Positions 36,735 through 46,541 of a stretch of 64,000 bases of DNA are shown here, piece after piece. Location: IMG/VR virus record IMGVR_UViG_3300026189_000002, positions 32,001 through 96,000 of that record. The stretch is one strand, 5' to 3'. Both the position numbers and the translations under genes were made by a program. The stretch's first letter is position 1. The number at the start of each line of letters is the position of its first letter. The DNA is from a virus. Under the pieces are notes generated by a model. The model was not told where the DNA came from and did no database searches. It saw only the letters and a program-made list of their open reading frames with translations.

Positions 36735-39700
36735 CTAGAAAAACACTCGGCGACTTTATCGACACTAGAGGCACTGGAAAAAGTGTTGACAAATCAGAGC
36801 TAAGAAAATCTGCGGCTGAAGCAATATCTCCTCGCGCCACCGCGGTCGCCTCTGAAGAAGTTTATGAAAAAGAAGCCAGAGATTTTTATTCTAAACTAAG
36901 ATTTAAATCAGAAGCGGATGTTAACGCAATGTTTGCTTTAGAGGACGATTTAAGAAATTTTAATGGAGAGAGCGGAACTCGCGACGTTTTAAGTTCAGAT
37001 TCAAAATTTTCTGGAGCAAAAATAAAAGGTTTAGACGATCAAGGCATAAAAATATCCCAGGGAGACCTTCAAAGATCTTCTATTTTAAAAGATTACTTTG
37101 AATCTTTAAAACTACCAAACGATAAACCTACTGGTGAATACTTAGATCCTTCTTCAGAGATTAAACAGGAATCAGACATTGTAGTTTCTGGCCTTTTGCA
37201 AGCTTTAAAAGATTCAAACCGCTTTACTCCAGGTAGTAATACTCCATTTATACAAGAAATAGGCGGAGTAAAAAGAATCACAAAGGACATACATCATGTA
37301 TATGATGCAGCATCACTGACAAGGGCTCAAGATGGCGGATTAGATTCTACAACTCCTAATGCGTTCGGTAGATATCAAAGCATTTTTTCAGAGATAAAAA
37401 GTCTTCCTTTGGTAGATATACAAAGAATGGCAATTAGCAACTTGGCAGGAGCAACAGGCGTTGAAACTTTTTTTACTAGAAAGCCTTTTAACAAAGACGG
37501 CGATTATCCCAGCGATGACTTTTTAGATGAAGTCAAAAGGGGCTTTGATAAGGTCACTGGAGGAGTAATACCAAATTTACCCCTTGTTTCTCAGGGCGAA
37601 TGGAAAATACCGGTAAGCACAATGGGCATTTCATCTTTTTCATTAATAGATAGAAATGGAGACGGAGGAGAAATAGGCGACGATAGAGAAGATTATGGCT
37701 CTTCAGACCCTATGAACAACAAATCTTTTGGTGTTATGAATTTTCCCGGTGGCCATTTTAAAGAACCTTTTAACTTTGGAATGTTATGGCCTGCCTTATT
37801 ATCTTTAATATTTTTGTTCGTTATACTATATGCTTTCCAACTTCTTTGGGAAGCTTTTGGCGCTATAAGAAGGCTCATGAGCGGATCCTTTTTAGATCCT
37901 GAAGATTCCCAGTTAGACGAAGACACTGAGCACCTTCCGGATCCAAAATATGAACTAGACGCTATGGCTATGGGGAGTAGGCATACACCCGACAGCAAAT
38001 CAGACGCGCTAGAAGCTTTATTTGATATGCTGTACGCTGCTTTAGATTGGCCCAGGTGGACAAGGTTTGGATTTTTTGCTAATGCTTTTAGAGGTCTATT
38101 AATGTTTATGGGCTTTGGAGTACAAGCCCATAAAAGCATCTGGGTACCGGATGTTGAACCTCAATCGGCCGTCCAAGCTCTTATAGAATTAATGAAAAAC
38201 CCAGGCTATTACGTTGTTGTACTTAAACAAGTATTCAGAGAAATAAGTAATATAGCAGCCGGGTTTGGAAGTTTTAGTGCGGCAAATTTTGCCGCATTTG
38301 TAAGCAGCTTGATAGGGCTCTTTGACGCTATAAGAGAGTCGGCTACTTGGAGGTTTATTTTAATATTATCCGATTTAGGAGAACAAGCTGCAAGAGCAAC
38401 CATGTTGCGCGCAAAAGCACCCTGGATAGGTCAGGCAGGAGCAGTTGCAAAACTGGCTGAAGGTAAAAATTACGCTAGCGACGTTATAGAAGACGTTTCT
38501 AATTACAGGCATTTAAACAGAGTGAAAACTAAGTCTTCGTCTCCATCTAGGTCTGCTTTATCAATTCACATGTTTAGATCCGTGATTTTATCAGGTCAGC
38601 CTTACGGATCAACCGCCGGAACAGAGCAATTGATCGATTTAACTAAATTAACTGACATTTCTGCCGAAGTCGGCGATGCTAAATCAGACATTATTAAAGT
38701 CGGACCAACTAAAGAAGCTGATGCTCAGCTTACTAGAATACCTAAAGAATTAGTTGAAAAATACGAAAAACAGCTATCAGCTGAATATTGCCCTTTCTAT
38801 ATACAGGACCTTAGAAATAATGAAATTATACAACTGCCGGCTTTCATAACGCAGTTAAACGATAATTTTGCAGCAGAATACAACGCTTCAAGCGGATTTG
38901 GAAGAACGGACGCTGTAAAAACTTATTCAAAAACGCAAAGATCCATACAGATTGGCGTTAAGTTAGTTGCTATGAGTAAAGAAGATCACAGTCACATGTG
39001 GTTTGTTATAAACAGACTAATTTCTATGCTTTATCCTCAAAGGTCTTTAGGAAGAATAAAAAATGTTCCAGGCGGAGGAACAAAGTTGCAGCCATTTTCT
39101 CAAGTTCCTACTTCTAGCCCTATGGTTAGGCTAAGGCTAGGGGATTTGTATAGGAGTAACTATACTGATTCCGCTTTTGCAAAAATGTTAGGCTTTCCGG
39201 GCTACTTAAATCCTCCTGGAGATGGTGATAAAAACATTTTCAGCGATGACGAAATGAAAAAGCTTCAAGTTTTTGGTTCTACTATACCTTTAAAGCTAAG
39301 AAAAGCTAAGCAAAAACTAATAGACGAATTTAATGAAGTAATGAAAAAAAAGGAATCTTCTGCTACAGATAAAGTCGAAGCAGTAAAAAAATTAGCAGAA
39401 TCCTCCGACAAAAACCCGTGGGGCGGGCATATTCTGTTAAAACCAGGTATGCCTATATATTTGAGAGGCTACAAGCCCCCAAACCCTTTGGATATGCTAG
39501 GTGATTTATTAGGCGGAGGCGACGGAGACGAAAAAGTTGGAAATGCAGATTTCGAAATAAAAAATTTAATTTACGCTAAGCCGTTAGCTGCTAAAGCGAA
39601 GGACGAAGCAGCTTACATATGCGCTCAAACAAACGTTTTTAATCCACAAGAAAACTCAGACCTTAAAGAACTAGTCAAAATAATGAATGATTATTATGAT

Positions 39701-40453
39701 GTTCCAGACGAATCTCGAATGGGCTTCGGTGCCAAAGATTCTAGTAAAAAAATTAGCAAAGCAGACGCTAGATTATACGCTTTTAATCATAATAAAAACA
39801 AATTTTTTGTCAGTAACAAAAAACAAATGATGAGGCTTCAAGATATATGTAAAGACTCTACTTCTACTGTTGTAGAAAGTATAGCTAAGATTATAAAAAA
39901 AGATTCTGAATATAAGATTGTTTGTTGCTTTGAGGCAGGAAAAACAGAAAAATACGCCGTAGTTCCAAGCATTCAAAAAATATACGACACTATGGATAAT
40001 CAAGAGGTTGCAAAGATTCTTAAAAAATCTGCAACTGGAGACGAAGGAAAAAATTTACAAAAAATAAGAGAATTTATACAGAATGATGATATGTATAAAT
40101 TTTTTAAAGAAACATCAGGATACGGATTAGCAGGTTTTATAACACAGATGTCTTTAGATTACGGAGATTCTACTTGGGAAATAGATCAAGGGTCTAAGGC
40201 TCCTAAAAAAGTAGAGCTAACTCTAAGCTTTGACCCTATTCATGATTTAACACCAGGAATTGATAATTCAGGCAGAATGCAAAACCCAGTTTTTCCTGTC
40301 GGCGAATATTCAGGCGGTGATTTAGACCCATGGACAAAGGATATTTCTTCTTACTCTATGTTTGAACAAGCTAAAACAATGATAGTAGATGCAACAGGAG
40401 ATAACCCTGTTCCGGAACCAGAACCGCCAGGTTTTCCAGGTAACTTATTATAG
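36731..40453 (+). CDS. Baseplate/tail-tube initiator-like protein with hydrophobic helices
   Basis: PFYIQDLR...AFITQLND.F...GR.D.V.TY..T.R.I and GFITQMSLDY...WE...PK.VELTLSF.PIH suggest a tube-like fold. TM-like stretches in the N-terminal half. Confidence 0.6.
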   Translation: MTRKTLGDFIDTRGTGKSVDKSELRKSAAEAISPRATAVASEEVYEKEARDFYSKLRFKSEADVNAMFALEDDLRNFNGESGTRDVLSSDSKFSGAKIKGLDDQGIKISQGDLQRSSILKDYFESLKLPNDKPTGEYLDPSSEIKQESDIVVSGLLQALKDSNRFTPGSNTPFIQEIGGVKRITKDIHHVYDAASLTRAQDGGLDSTTPNAFGRYQSIFSEIKSLPLVDIQRMAISNLAGATGVETFFTRKPFNKDGDYPSDDFLDEVKRGFDKVTGGVIPNLPLVSQGEWKIPVSTMGISSFSLIDRNGDGGEIGDDREDYGSSDPMNNKSFGVMNFPGGHFKEPFNFGMLWPALLSLIFLFVILYAFQLLWEAFGAIRRLMSGSFLDPEDSQLDEDTEHLPDPKYELDAMAMGSRHTPDSKSDALEALFDMLYAALDWPRWTRFGFFANAFRGLLMFMGFGVQAHKSIWVPDVEPQSAVQALIELMKNPGYYVVVLKQVFREISNIAAGFGSFSAANFAAFVSSLIGLFDAIRESATWRFILILSDLGEQAARATMLRAKAPWIGQAGAVAKLAEGKNYASDVIEDVSNYRHLNRVKTKSSSPSRSALSIHMFRSVILSGQPYGSTAGTEQLIDLTKLTDISAEVGDAKSDIIKVGPTKEADAQLTRIPKELVEKYEKQLSAEYCPFYIQDLRNNEIIQLPAFITQLNDNFAAEYNASSGFGRTDAVKTYSKTQRSIQIGVKLVAMSKEDHSHMWFVINRLISMLYPQRSLGRIKNVPGGGTKLQPFSQVPTSSPMVRLRLGDLYRSNYTDSAFAKMLGFPGYLNPPGDGDKNIFSDDEMKKLQVFGSTIPLKLRKAKQKLIDEFNEVMKKKESSATDKVEAVKKLAESSDKNPWGGHILLKPGMPIYLRGYKPPNPLDMLGDLLGGGDGDEKVGNADFEIKNLIYAKPLAAKAKDEAAYICAQTNVFNPQENSDLKELVKIMNDYYDVPDESRMGFGAKDSSKKISKADARLYAFNHNKNKFFVSNKKQMMRLQDICKDSTSTVVESIAKIIKKDSEYKIVCCFEAGKTEKYAVVPSIQKIYDTMDNQEVAKILKKSATGDEGKNLQKIREFIQNDDMYKFFKETSGYGLAGFITQMSLDYGDSTWEIDQGSKAPKKVELTLSFDPIHDLTPGIDNSGRMQNPVFPVGEYSGGDLDPWTKDISSYSMFEQAKTMIVDATGDNPVPEPEPPGFPGNLL

Positions 40454-40462
40454 GATATATGC

Positions 40463-40747
40463 ATGACTTTTTCAAGATATAGTAACGATCCAGCGTTTAG
40501 TAATCATCTAGGGACTTCTTTAAAAACTTCTAAAATAAGAGCCCTTGTTCAAGATGGTTCTTTAGAGATAACTTTGTATACCACCAAAGAAGGTGAAAGA
40601 TTAGACCACATTTCTGGAAAATATTACGGTGATGGAAGATACTGGTGGATTATCGCCGCGGCTAGCAACATTGGTTGGTGGCTACAAGTACCGGCTGGCA
40701 CAAGCCTAATTATACCATTAAACTTAGATGAAATTGAAGTTTTATAA
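40463..40747 (+). CDS. LysM-type baseplate wedge protein (gp53/gpX-like)
   Basis: YTTKEGERLDHISGKYYGDGRYWWIIAAASNI...LIIP. Confidence 0.85.
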   Translation: MTFSRYSNDPAFSNHLGTSLKTSKIRALVQDGSLEITLYTTKEGERLDHISGKYYGDGRYWWIIAAASNIGWWLQVPAGTSLIIPLNLDEIEVL

Positions 40748-43700
40748 TGTTAGTTGATTTTGAAGGAAACCCTATAGTATCCGACCAGGGTGACGTCAGC
40801 GTTGCAGCAGAATACAAGCGTATGATGATATCGATGGGAATTGCGCAAAAAGAGCACGAAGCTAGATGCTCCATACCCATTGCATCAGAATCAAAAAAAG
40901 ATGCAGAGGAAACAAAAGCTGGACCCAAAAGCAGCGCAAACGCCTCGCGCAGAGGTACAAAAAAAAGAAGGCGAAAAAAATCTAAAGATCCTAAAAAAGG
41001 TGAACTAGAAAAAAGTATAGACAGCAGTTTTGCTGGTCTTCTAGACTCAAATAGAGCCGCTATAAAACAAGAAGCTGAATTTAGATCTAATAAACAAATG
41101 CAACTACCTGTAGACCTATTGGACTTTGCTGCTTTTTCAGATTCCCCTGTTTATTTTCCAATATACAACATGAATATATTCGAAGCCCAGGGCGATGCTA
41201 CTTCAGGCTTTATAAAAAAAGGCAGTTTTGCAGACTCTATGAAAAAATTGCAAGGAGCTAAACTAGGATATTATTTGTCTTACGATTCTGGAGTTATGCA
41301 TAAAGCTAGCGCCGACGCTAACGCTTCTTTAAAAACCAGAGAAGACCGCGGCGCTGCAGGAATTCTTTTAAAAGAAAAACCCGGGCATCTTGAATATCTT
41401 TCAATAGGTAGTGGTCTAGACAGAACAAAAATATTGAGTCAGTATAGAGACCCGTCGACAACATCTACTGACGGCATCTATCCAGGCGTAGGAGCTTTTT
41501 TAGTTTTTGATTCTCAAGATTCTGTTAACGAGACTTCAGTTCAAAGCCCTTCTTACTTTTCTACTATTTGTAATACTAAACTAATGTCTTCTGCTGTTCC
41601 TTTTTTAGATATCAAAGTAATAAATTCAATACCTCAATCTAATGCAGATAACAATTTTAAATCGACAGAAAGTTTTAGTACATTTCCAATGAGCATGGAA
41701 TTATTTTTAGACCAGGGAGTCGTTAGAAAAAATCCCTCAATAGGCGTTACAACAATCGGGGAATTCCATTCTGGCGATAAAATTAATGTAGCCACATCGG
41801 GAATGGAAATATTTACATCCCCTCAAACTCTTACAAACCCTAAAAGAAAAATATCTAGAAATGATACCAAAGATACTATGAGGCCTTTTTTGTCGGTTAT
41901 AGACCTTTCTATAGATGTAGTCGGATTGGGAGCCGGAGTTCTTTCTTTTAAATTGGCAAAATTAAAATTAAAATTACACGACAGAACAAACTTAAGGTTA
42001 ATAGGAAATTTAATTTCGCCCGACATGTACGATTCGGTAAGGTTTGAAATAGACTATGGGTACTCTTTAAATGTTAATAAATATAGTTCAAAAGCTGAAC
42101 ATTATATTAACAACATGAGAATGAAAGAAACTTTTCAAGTTGCAAATAGCGCTTATACGGTTTCTGAGTCAGAAGTTGATATAGACTTGACATTAGTCAG
42201 TTTAGGATCTACGTCAGTTGACGAAGTAGACTTATCTATGCCGCCTGGATCCGGCCCTTCTTATGAAGATTTAGTTAAATTATTATATGAAGCAAGAAAA
42301 ACAATACTCGGGTTACCAAATTTTGCGGACTTAAAAGTCCCTACAGTTATATCTGGTGAAGGATATCACAAATTTATGTCTTTTACAGATAAAGAAATTC
42401 AAGAAATACTAAGTTTTTCAAAAAAGCTAAGAAACCAAGGTGAAGACGGTATAGAAGCAGCTAAAAAGCTAGTAACGATGTTTCAAGATGAAAACAAAAG
42501 GAAAAAGAAAAAATTAGGGACTGCTAGAAAAAAGACGCAAGACATATTAAAAAGTATAAAAGAAAGATTAAGCAAAGCGCCTACAAAAGATAATCCGGAC
42601 CCTTTTTTGCACAAACAGTATTTTCCTTTAAAAGCAGATGGTAAAAAAATAAAATCTGGTTCAACAACACAGAGATCACACAAGCAATATATATCTTTAG
42701 GCCACTTATTGATGTCCATGATTGCTCCGCATTTACATAAACAAGGCGGAGGAACAGAGGTCCTTTTTGTTTTCGGCTGCTGTAATAAAAATGCTGGAGC
42801 TAGTTTTGTAGAAAATTTAGCTAGTTTTCCTCTAGAAAGAAAAAAGGTCTTGGATGTTCTTGTTAATAATAAAGACGCTCTTTTTAAGCAAAACAAAAAA
42901 ATATCTATAAGAAAGTTTGTAACAGCGGTAGCAAACAGTTTAGTTGCGGACATTAACTCTGTAGGTTATTTCGGAAAAGACTATAAAAGTTACGAGAATA
43001 GAACAAAAAAAGAGGCGCAGCTTAGAAGAATTTATTCTACTACCGCCCCTTTAAAGTCGCAGGCTGATTTAACACCCATTTCTTTAGGGATGAAGCTTGA
43101 TTCTGGTCCTATGGTAAACACTGAATCTAACGTTCCAGGAGCTAAAGATCCAGACAGAAAATTGACTAGAATAACTTTTTATGATAATGCTCACAATCCA
43201 AAACAATCTGTAAGTAAAATTTTAAGTGGATTATCATCTGGGAAAATTACTTTTCCTTATAAAAACGAAGGTGAAAGAAAATTTGCTCCTAGGCATTTTA
43301 AGGCGTCTTTAGAGCAAATACAGAGCTTTAATTTTGCTCTAAAGCCTGATCTTAACAATAAATCTGAAACAGATCTACCTGCTTACGTGGTAACCCGCAC
43401 AGAAGATGCTCCTGAATCTGTAAAAGACCACATAAGGACAATTAGTCCTACACTAGATTACGCTACAGAAAACTCTTGTATAATAAAGGCCGACCTTTCT
43501 TTAGAAACAGATGCCGACTTGCTAAGTATGAGATTGACCAATACAAATACAGACGCCGCAACTACAGCACCGGTAGATATTCCGTTGACTGTAATGCCTG
43601 GAAGTTTAAAAATAGAAACTTTTGGATGCAATCATTTTGCTATTGGGCAACAGTATTTTATAGACTTTGGAACAGATACAACTTTAGACGGATATTATGG

Positions 43701-43893
43701 CGTCACGTCTATAAGCCATTCTTTATCTAACGGAAAGTTTTTAACGAGCGTTGGGCTACAGCCTACCGGTACGCAACCGCACTATAGTTCAATAAACTCT
43801 CTAGCTAGGTCTTTAAAAACAACTCCAGATGTTATCGTCGAAGGTGACGCAGGTCAGAAAAATCAGCACATAGGAGCCTCCGCGATTGGTTAA
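40747..43893 (+). CDS. Baseplate hub protein (gp27/gpD-like), putative
   Basis: C-terminal G......GQ..FIDFGT.T.LDG.Y.V..ISH....G.F.T pattern. Follows the LysM gene. Confidence 0.6.
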   Translation: MLVDFEGNPIVSDQGDVSVAAEYKRMMISMGIAQKEHEARCSIPIASESKKDAEETKAGPKSSANASRRGTKKRRRKKSKDPKKGELEKSIDSSFAGLLDSNRAAIKQEAEFRSNKQMQLPVDLLDFAAFSDSPVYFPIYNMNIFEAQGDATSGFIKKGSFADSMKKLQGAKLGYYLSYDSGVMHKASADANASLKTREDRGAAGILLKEKPGHLEYLSIGSGLDRTKILSQYRDPSTTSTDGIYPGVGAFLVFDSQDSVNETSVQSPSYFSTICNTKLMSSAVPFLDIKVINSIPQSNADNNFKSTESFSTFPMSMELFLDQGVVRKNPSIGVTTIGEFHSGDKINVATSGMEIFTSPQTLTNPKRKISRNDTKDTMRPFLSVIDLSIDVVGLGAGVLSFKLAKLKLKLHDRTNLRLIGNLISPDMYDSVRFEIDYGYSLNVNKYSSKAEHYINNMRMKETFQVANSAYTVSESEVDIDLTLVSLGSTSVDEVDLSMPPGSGPSYEDLVKLLYEARKTILGLPNFADLKVPTVISGEGYHKFMSFTDKEIQEILSFSKKLRNQGEDGIEAAKKLVTMFQDENKRKKKKLGTARKKTQDILKSIKERLSKAPTKDNPDPFLHKQYFPLKADGKKIKSGSTTQRSHKQYISLGHLLMSMIAPHLHKQGGGTEVLFVFGCCNKNAGASFVENLASFPLERKKVLDVLVNNKDALFKQNKKISIRKFVTAVANSLVADINSVGYFGKDYKSYENRTKKEAQLRRIYSTTAPLKSQADLTPISLGMKLDSGPMVNTESNVPGAKDPDRKLTRITFYDNAHNPKQSVSKILSGLSSGKITFPYKNEGERKFAPRHFKASLEQIQSFNFALKPDLNNKSETDLPAYVVTRTEDAPESVKDHIRTISPTLDYATENSCIIKADLSLETDADLLSMRLTNTNTDAATTAPVDIPLTVMPGSLKIETFGCNHFAIGQQYFIDFGTDTTLDGYYGVTSISHSLSNGKFLTSVGLQPTGTQPHYSSINSLARSLKTTPDVIVEGDAGQKNQHIGASAIG

Positions 43894-43973
43894 TAAAAAG
43901 AGTATGTAAAAACTAAACTGCAATGATTGGCCAAATATAAATGTAAAAGCTTTTTTTACTTATAGGTTTTATT

Positions 43974-45014
43974 ATGAGCAATTTTTACCCGATGAATAGC
44001 TATGCATCAGCAATCTCTATAGCAGAAATTTTTGGTTTTTCTAACGAAATACCGCCAGAATACAAAAAAATGATGGACTGCCTGGGCTTAAAAAGTGGGT
44101 GTAAAAAATATATGCCTTCATTTTTAACAAAAAAAAGAGACGATAATTTATCTGCTTTTTTTAAATCCATTGTAGAAAATAAAGACAACTTTAAATACGC
44201 TGTTTTCCATCAGGAGTGCTTAGATTTTATAAGCAGCCTACACACTCCTAATTTCGATATAGGGTCAACAAAAAAAGCTAAGAAAAAATACGCGAATATA
44301 TCAAACATAGACTTTAGGTTTATAGAAAAAACAAAATATTCTTGCTCAAAAACGTCGACAGGAAGAATGACCGTAGTAGAAGGTTTTAACATACTAACTG
44401 CTCCTGCAGAATTAAGATCCTGTATAAGGTCTAAATACAAAAATGGAAAAATAATGCAAATAGACCTTGTTTCTGCTGAGCCTAAATTTGCGCTTTTTAC
44501 TTCGGGCAAAAAAATGCCTAAAGATGTTTATGATGACATATCAAGCGTTTGCAATCTAGAAAAATTAACTAGACAGCAGGTGAAGATGTCAGTAATTTGC
44601 AGCCTTTACGGTCAATCTTCTTTTAGGTTGTCTAATTCATTGCCAGGCAATTTTAACTCTGAATCAATCATACGATCGGTAAAAAAATACTTTTCGTATA
44701 ATGAGTTGTTAAAAAAATTAACAGACGATCACAGCATAGGTAATTTTAGAAATTTTTTTGGAAGACCGCTAGCAACAAAAGACAGCTCTCTGTTGATTAG
44801 TCACTATCTGCAAAGCAGCGTAGCTGACTGTTCTTTGGCACTATTTAAAACCTTTTGTAAAAATAACAGCGATCTTATAACTCCGTACTATTTAATACAC
44901 GATGCTTTAATATTTGATGCATCTCCTGAATTTTTAAAAATCTACTCTCATGAAGACTATGTAGATTTACAGTATTCGAATATAAGATTAATGGCAAAAA
45001 TAAGCGAGGTTTAA
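43974..45014 (+). CDS. Compact family A DNA polymerase domain (no exonuclease domains)
   Basis: TGR motif, motif A IDLVSAEP, motif B RQQVK...LYG, FGR, LQSSVAD and motif C IHDA. Confidence 0.8.
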   Translation: MSNFYPMNSYASAISIAEIFGFSNEIPPEYKKMMDCLGLKSGCKKYMPSFLTKKRDDNLSAFFKSIVENKDNFKYAVFHQECLDFISSLHTPNFDIGSTKKAKKKYANISNIDFRFIEKTKYSCSKTSTGRMTVVEGFNILTAPAELRSCIRSKYKNGKIMQIDLVSAEPKFALFTSGKKMPKDVYDDISSVCNLEKLTRQQVKMSVICSLYGQSSFRLSNSLPGNFNSESIIRSVKKYFSYNELLKKLTDDHSIGNFRNFFGRPLATKDSSLLISHYLQSSVADCSLALFKTFCKNNSDLITPYYLIHDALIFDASPEFLKIYSHEDYVDLQYSNIRLMAKISEV

Positions 45015-45025
45015 TATTTATATTC

Positions 45026-45616
45026 ATGGAAAAATTGCAAAACATACATTTTATCCTTAGGGAAGTATTAGGCGAAGAAAATAAAAGTTCGGATAATTCT
45101 GAAAAAACTAAAAGTACGGATAACTCTGAAAAAACTAAAAGTACAGATGGCCCTAAAAAAAATAAAAATAAAGCTAGCAATAGAAATATAATATCAACTA
45201 AGGGGGCTTTTGGATCTGGGGGTAGGCCTCAAAAATTTGTATCTAGTTTAAAATCTAGAGCTAGGACTCCTTCTACAGCCCCGGGACTTTTAAAAGACCT
45301 AGGAATTAAAAGCCGCCCTTCTGGAGATGACTTAGATAAAGTTTTAGAAGTACTAAACCAAGGTATACACGGAAACCAGCTTTTATCTAGGGCCTATTTA
45401 GGCGCAGTTATTTCTAGCGACGCTAGAGATATATCAGGAGAAAAAATATCTGAAAAAGTTGTAGAGGTTACTGTTTCAGAAATAGATAAAAAAAACGGCG
45501 TAAGATTTTTAGCAGAAATGCTTAACGCATGCATAACCGCAGAGTTTATTAACTTAAAAGCCGGTATCCAGTTCGTTCAAGGTAGATCAAATACAATTCT
45601 TCTTCAATCTTTTTGA
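45026..45616 (+). CDS. Hypothetical protein (possible head-internal protein)
   Basis: N-terminal IHFILREVLGEE. ATATTTA motif ends 5 nt before the ATG. Confidence 0.5.
   Translation: MEKLQNIHFILREVLGEENKSSDNSEKTKSTDNSEKTKSTDGPKKNKNKASNRNIISTKGAFGSGGRPQKFVSSLKSRARTPSTAPGLLKDLGIKSRPSGDDLDKVLEVLNQGIHGNQLLSRAYLGAVISSDARDISGEKISEKVVEVTVSEIDKKNGVRFLAEMLNACITAEFINLKAGIQFVQGRSNTILLQSF
45083..45148 (+). repeat. 27-bp coding tandem repeat (about 2.4 copies)
   Basis: AAAAGTTCGGATAATTCTGAAAAAACT / AAAAGTACGGATAACTCTGAAAAAACT / AAAAGTACAGAT, encoding KS(S/T)DNSEKT. Confidence 0.9.
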
Positions 45617-45646
45617 ACATGTAAAAAAAACCTGTTATCTTTTATC

Positions 45647-46213
45647 ATGAATAAAGAACCAGAAAAATTATTAGAAAATTACAAAAGATTTATCTCGATA
45701 CTTTCAAAAGTTGTTGACAAGTCATCTGTTGAAAAAATAGAAAATCAGCTTGCTGAAAGATTAATATTGTCACCCCGAGGATTAAAATTGTCTGAAGGAG
45801 GCTATCCAGGAGCTCTACTAGAGTTTTCTATAGACGTAGCGACAGCCGCCAGTTCTATGTCTTCATATTTTGACAATAAAAAGTCCTTAGTTAAAGTATC
45901 TTTGCTTCATGAAATTGGAAGGTTAGGCGATTTAGATAACGACCTATATATAAATCAAGAATCAGAATGGCATAGAGATAAACTAGAGCAGCATTTTAAG
46001 TACAATGAAAGCTGTCCAAAAATGTCTATATCGCATAGAACTCTATGGCTTTGCTCTCATTTAAATATAGCCTTATCACAAAGCGAATATCTTTCTATAC
46101 TGACCGGCCAAGGTTTACATCTTCCTGAAAATCAATTTTACGGAAAACTTAATGACCCAATTGTATCTGGGCTGCAGGCTTCGCGTGGAATAGTTTTGTC
46201 TACTCATAATTAA
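45647..46213 (+). CDS. HD-domain-like protein, degenerate
   Basis: YPGALLEFS...SLLHEIGRLG...EW...FKYN...HRTLWL resembles phage HD proteins, but HD is HE and other metal ligands are missing. Confidence 0.55.
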   Translation: MNKEPEKLLENYKRFISILSKVVDKSSVEKIENQLAERLILSPRGLKLSEGGYPGALLEFSIDVATAASSMSSYFDNKKSLVKVSLLHEIGRLGDLDNDLYINQESEWHRDKLEQHFKYNESCPKMSISHRTLWLCSHLNIALSQSEYLSILTGQGLHLPENQFYGKLNDPIVSGLQASRGIVLSTHN

Positions 46214-46217
46214 GTTT

Positions 46218-46463
46218 ATGAAAATAACAGAATCACACCTAAGAAAAATAATAAGGGTTATTTTAGAAAAAAAGAAGCTATTATCTGAACCCGATCTAAA
46301 TAAAAAAGATAAAGAAAACGAGGCTTCTGTATCAGGCTCTGTTGCTGGAGTCACGGTTCCGCTAGGAGCTGAATCTACATATCCAAACAAAAAAAAGAAA
46401 AAAAGAAAGCCTCCTCACAAGGTAGCCGGTAGAGCTTTTGGAAATGCAAAATTAGCTAAATAG
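46218..46463 (+). CDS. Small basic protein with head-targeting-like N-terminus
   Basis: MKITESHLRKIIRVILE N-terminus and Lys-rich C-terminus. ATAATTA ends 5 nt before the ATG. Confidence 0.55.
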   Translation: MKITESHLRKIIRVILEKKKLLSEPDLNKKDKENEASVSGSVAGVTVPLGAESTYPNKKKKKRKPPHKVAGRAFGNAKLAK

Positions 46464-46541
46464 TTACTATACAATCTAGCCTTTGCTCTAATATTTTAAT
46501 TACTAATTTGATAGTTGCTAATTAAAAATTTGGAGGTTAAA

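Noticed and set aside
17836-43893. Bacterial extracellular contractile injection system (Afp/PVC)
   Set aside because: Three sheaths are suggestive, but linked portal, protease, scaffold, capsid and replication genes show this is a phage.
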